64,000 bases of DNA from Gnetum montanum (Eukaryota; Plantae; Gnetophyta): contig MNCI01000828.1 of the NCBI GenBank assembly GCA_015680685.1, forward strand, positions 194,219 to 258,218, given 5' to 3'. Within the stretch, counting starts at the first letter, position 1, and every line of letters begins with the position of its first letter. A program made the position numbers and the translations under genes. The notes under the pieces were generated by a model. The model did no database searches and was not told the origin of the DNA. It saw only the letters and a program-made list of their open reading frames with translations. Below are positions 59,401 to 64,000 of this stretch, piece by piece.

Positions 59401-61467
59401 AGCATGGGATTTCATCCTAAATTTCCTTAGTTAATTCATTCGTAATAATAGTAAATAAGTAAAGGCTAAGTATAAACCCTTTGATGCAAACCTATTTTGA
59501 TTGAAATATCCCTATTTTTCTTTCATAAGATGCATTAAATAATATCATATGCTTTTTCTGAGTCAATGAAAATTATATGTATATTTTCATTAGGTATTCT
59601 GAATTTCTCCTTTCATTGTTATATTAAAAAGATAGCCTCTATAGTAGTTCTTCCTAGTATAATTCCAAATTTGTTTTCTAATATTATTGATCCAAGTTTG
59701 AGACACTACTCTATGACTCTTTTGCAAAGTTTCATAGTATGACACATAAGCTTGATGTGATATCCTAGTCCCAGATACCATGACAAACATCAAATATACA
59801 TTATATTCAATATTGTGAGTAGTAAACACGATAGAAAAAAATACAAAAGAGAGTGAAAAGAAATTTTATTAATAAGAAAATTGGAATTGAATAAGTGTAT
59901 ATGGGTTTTACTTTGAGGGTTTCTAGGGTTATCTTTTTTCAATGTCTATCCCTTCGAGGTAATCCAACATTGCCATTATAATTAGGTCAAGACTCAACTC
60001 CCTTCCTTGTTCACTTCATTTAGCTCATCACTTACCATTGTTGGCTTTGTAACTCCAAGCTAGCATGATGTCAAAATTATTAGTATAAATACCTTAAGTC
60101 AAACCCCTAAAGTTTTCCATCAAGAAACATGTCCATAATTCTAATATGCCCTTTCATTAATGGTTTTTCTTACAATGATACAACTCTTGTTTACAAAATT
60201 GTACCATTTAAAGATAAGGATGTGACAAAATATCCCTCTTAGCATTTGCTCATCTTTGAACAAATCCACCTTAAGGCCTTTGTCTAAGCTCCAATGCTTT
60301 AATATCTCATTTTATGGTGTTCAAGAGTTAAGGTTCTCTTGCTTATTTTGCAAATGAAAAGATAAATTAGATAGGAATTTGAGGCACGATAAATTAATCA
60401 TCATATCAATAACTTACATTAGTTCCCCTTGCAATAACAAGATATGAATTAAAGATCTATCAAATACTAATCACAAATCCCAACTACAGTTACGCTATGC
60501 ACATATAGGGATCATTGGTTACCCAAGTGAAGGTAGGACAAATCCTAATTCCTAACTTGTATTACTTGAAAATATTAGTTTAACTAATTTTCATAAATAA
60601 ATTAAACAAAGAAAAGAAAATAGGAAAAATGGAAGAAGGGATAGGAAACTCTTTATCCCTTCATCTTCATATGTGAATCAAGGGATGTAGTTGTTGTTCA
60701 ATCATGATGGGAATGTGATTAGAAGGACATACTATGGATGGTAAACCTTGATCTTTCTCTTCAACTTATTTCTTAAAAACTAACTCCGATAACTTCATAA
60801 TTTGAAAGAGTTAAGAATATTACCAAATATAATCTAGGGTCTCGACAAAGAAGGATGTTGATTCATTAGTAGTAGTTGTAGCAACATAGTTGGTAAATTG
60901 AAGTCTTTTATCAACATAACTCTTAAGCATCATTTGCTTCTAAATTTAGGAATGAGAGTTGCCCATTGATAAATGAAAATAGGTAGAATATGTATTGGCC
61001 AATGGGATTACATGATAAATTGATTGATACATGTTATTTATATCTAGCTACTCATCTAAATGATTTTCCACTTGCCCATGCTTTAAGAACTAGTGTATGT
61101 TACTTCTTGATTTAGCATTAAATTCTTCATAGAGGTTAAGTGGTACTAGATTAGCATTGGCATAGGATATGAATAGCTTATTCTTTAAGCTATCCTTAAT
61201 TTGGTTGATCAAATACAATGCTTAACAAAGTTTAACATTTGAAAACATTCGGTTTATGATAAGTTGATAAACATATTAATGGTTCCAATCTTTTAACTTG
61301 TTTTTGAATCTTCTCGTCTAATTCTCTATCATGGATATCATACACCTTGTTGGAAGAGGGCTATGAATTTTGATGATGAAAGAATATTTGTAGAATAGTC
61401 TTAATGCTTGTTGGGTTTCGTATGATATTTTATTCTTCTATTAGATTGACAACTAATGTTTTACTGA

Positions 61468-61575
61468 CAATGAAATGTTAACCTAGTGGTGAGACTCTTA
61501 ATTTGAAAGCTCTATGTCATGGGTTTGATTCTCATGGCTAATCTTGAGTTATAAAGTTCTAATTAGACTATATTG
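61468..61575 (+). mobile_element. tRNA-derived SINE, copy 7
   Basis: TGTTAACCTAGTGGTGAGACTCTTAATTTGAAAGCTCTATGTCATGGGTTTGATTCTCATGG...GAGTTATAAAGTTCTAATTAG. Confidence 0.72.
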
Positions 61576-62220
61576 TTGATCGAATTAGAGATTTAGAATG
61601 AAAAAATGCATGATGGTTGAAGTTGCTATTAACAAGAGCTTATTCTCACAAACAGAAGTCCTTAGGTCAACCAAACAATCCTAAGGTTGATCAAATAATT
61701 TGATAGGTTGACCAACCCTACTTAAGGTTGATCTTCCTGAGAGCTAGGAAATTTTAGACAAGAGAAAAATACAGCTATGTTAGGTTGATTGACCTTATCT
61801 AAGGTCAATCTACCTAGGAGTTGGTGAAGTTCAAAAGGAAGAAAATGCATCACTCTTACAGTTGATCAACTTGTTCATAGGTTGATCCATCCTAATTGAT
61901 GGAAAGTTTAAAGCATAGAAAAAGCAGCACTATTAAGGTCATCTGAATTGAGATAGATAGCCAATGATAGGTGCCTAGTTCTAGACACATGAGATTAAGT
62001 AGGATGACTGTGCCAAGAATTCAAGTTGTACCAAATTAAGCTTAAAATCAGTTGATCCAAAGATAGGTCGAACAACCTCAGATAAGGTCAATCTATTAGG
62101 GTAAAAATGATAAAAAAAAATAAAAGTACCAAAAGCCAAAAATGCCCTCAAACATTGTAAGATAAACAAAGCATTAAAGAACGAAGATTTTCATTTGTCT
62201 CTCATGATAGAATTCTCACA

Positions 62221-63233
62221 TGATGAGTGGCGAGGTACCCCTACACTCAACCATACGAAACGAGCGTAGCACGCACGATCCGGTCGAACTCCGCAGACTA
62301 AATGCCTAAACGCCCCATGGAACACTTGGGGTTAATCATTCGTTGTCTTCCCAGACTTACTTGTTGTTGTCATGGTGTATCGTTAAGTAAGTCCGAGGTA
62401 TATGATTTTTTTGGTCTTTTCTGGTTTTATGTCTTCTACGCTAAGAGCAAAGGGTTGAGAAACTAACTAACTCTAACTAATGTTTTAAGTCTAAATTAAC
62501 TAGCATTAGCATCCGTTTCCACTTACCGTACACACCTTGAACTATGCAACTGTGGCTACCAAACGTTGATCGTTACTAGGATCACCACACGTAACGCACG
62601 TGCTCGAAGTGGTCGTACTGAGGCACCTAACTAGCCTAAGCGTGATGAGCAATCGATTCCTTGACTAGCCATACACATCTGTAGATGCTCGTAATCAAGT
62701 CGTACTCATCCCGCGTTCTAGGAGATAAGGGTGAGAGAATCTAATCGCAATGAGTAGCCGATTCCTTGGTTAGCCGTACACATTCGTCAATGCTCGTAAC
62801 CAAGTCGTACTCATGCTGCGCTAATGCATGTAATAAATGATAGGTAAGAAATAACATGTAATAAACCTATTCCACGCACTGCAAGGTTTATCCACAAAGC
62901 TCGTCATTATTGCTGTACACAACTTGCGTTCAGGTACAAAGCTGCTTGAATAAAGATCCGTTCACTTGGGGACTTCTACTGCGGGCACATGGAAAATATT
63001 CTATCTGTGGAGTGACTAAACTGCTAGAGCTTCGCTACTTCTAGCCTAGGATGATAAATGAGGGGAGTGCCGCCTCTTATTTATAGATTTGGTGGTGGAC
63101 CGCGATATCGTGTACGTGATATCGCAGGGGATGACGCGATATCATGACGGCCACGATATTGCGTACATGATATCGCGGTGCATGCGATATCACGTACATG
63201 ATAACGCGGTGCATGCGATATCGCGTCTCATCA
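62221..63233 (-). mobile_element. Young Gypsy (chromovirus-like) 3' LTR, 1013 nt
   Basis: Inverted termini TGATGAG...CTCATCA; on the minus strand it is preceded by CTCGAGGACAAG...CATGGGGGTA (LEDK motif plus PPT); minus-strand TATAAATA near 63085; CpGs retained; GCGATATC(G) repeats at 63100-63225. Confidence 0.8.
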
Positions 63234-63574
63234 TACCCCCATGACTGAATGAAAACTTGTCCTCGAGTTCCTTACAATGATATCAGGTAGGTATGGAATT
63301 ATTGAGGGGAATGGAACTAATGGGATGACATGTGAATAGATCATTATTACAAGACTTGACAAAATTGGTGTTCATGACAACAAGGGTGAACACCTTATTA
63401 CAATGACATCAGGCCTTTGTTGGTAGCTGAAAAAGAGAGAGAGAGAAAGAAGTGTTGCTGCTGCCAACGCTAAGATTGCACCTTTGTTGTCCATCCATAA
63501 GCGCGCCATCGATCTTGCTCCTTGCATAGTTGCTTCAACACTGCTCCATTCCAAGTGTTGCTCTAGATCCAATC

Positions 63575-63883
63575 NNNNNNNNNNNNNNNNNNNNNNNNNN
63601 NNNNNNNNNNNNNNNNNNNNNNNNNNNNNNNNNNNNNNNNNNNNNNNNNNNNNNNNNNNNNNNNNNNNNNNNNNNNNNNNNNNNNNNNNNNNNNNNNNNN
63701 NNNNNNNNNNNNNNNNNNNNNNNNNNNNNNNNNNNNNNNNNNNNNNNNNNNNNNNNNNNNNNNNNNNNNNNNNNNNNNNNNNNNNNNNNNNNNNNNNNNN
63801 NNNNNNNNNNNNNNNNNNNNNNNNNNNNNNNNNNNNNNNNNNNNNNNNNNNNNNNNNNNNNNNNNNNNNNNNNNNNNNNNNNN
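63575..63883. other. Assembly gap (N run) within the Gypsy internal region
   Basis: Run of N. Confidence 1.
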
Positions 63884-64000
63884 ATTGTACCCCCATGACT
63901 AATCGCGAACCTCCGGTAGCATTAGAATGGAGAAAGAAAAGGAGTAAGAAAGATAGATAAAAAGGGACAACTATGGCAGCGATGAAGTGGATGTAAAGAT

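Noticed and set aside
59880-62200. Possible further LTR element remnant
   Set aside because: It looks repeat-derived, but I could not identify termini, a TSD or convincing protein motifs.
63372-63960. Long ORFs of 122-174 aa near the window end
   Set aside because: Their length is an artefact of reading through the N gap.

Overview
AT-rich land-plant nuclear DNA; the lineage cannot be fixed from the sequence, though a large-genome seed-free plant is plausible. There is one intact host gene: a class II KNOX (TALE homeobox; KNAT3/4/5/7-like) gene on the + strand with 5 coding exons (26562-26855, 47343-47463, 56007-56203, 56319-56450, 56988-57140; 897 nt, 298 aa). It spans about 30.6 kb because introns 1 (20,487 nt) and 2 (8,543 nt) are filled with decayed retroelements. 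The flanks are nests of degenerate Copia and Gypsy LTR elements, LINEs, a 3.9-kb solo LTR with TSD, and a young Gypsy LTR beside an assembly gap. The most notable finding is three intronic copies of a GC-richer L1-clade LINE family. Its coding region continues past the RT and zf-RVT domains into a domain resembling the 'putative plant transposon protein' (Transposase_32/Athila ORF1-like), then a charged coiled-coil, and ends in a DnaJ/J-domain-like module (PY...HPD...FK..QQA...LD with canonical spacing), followed by a conserved 3' stem-loop. Other findings: a 7-copy tRNA-derived SINE family (one copy with an RTE-type tail); a tandem duplication of the KNOX start region that created a uORF-loaded decoy copy; in-frame alternative acceptors at exon 3; and many recent perfect tandem duplications. 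All alignments were done by eye; no database searches were run.
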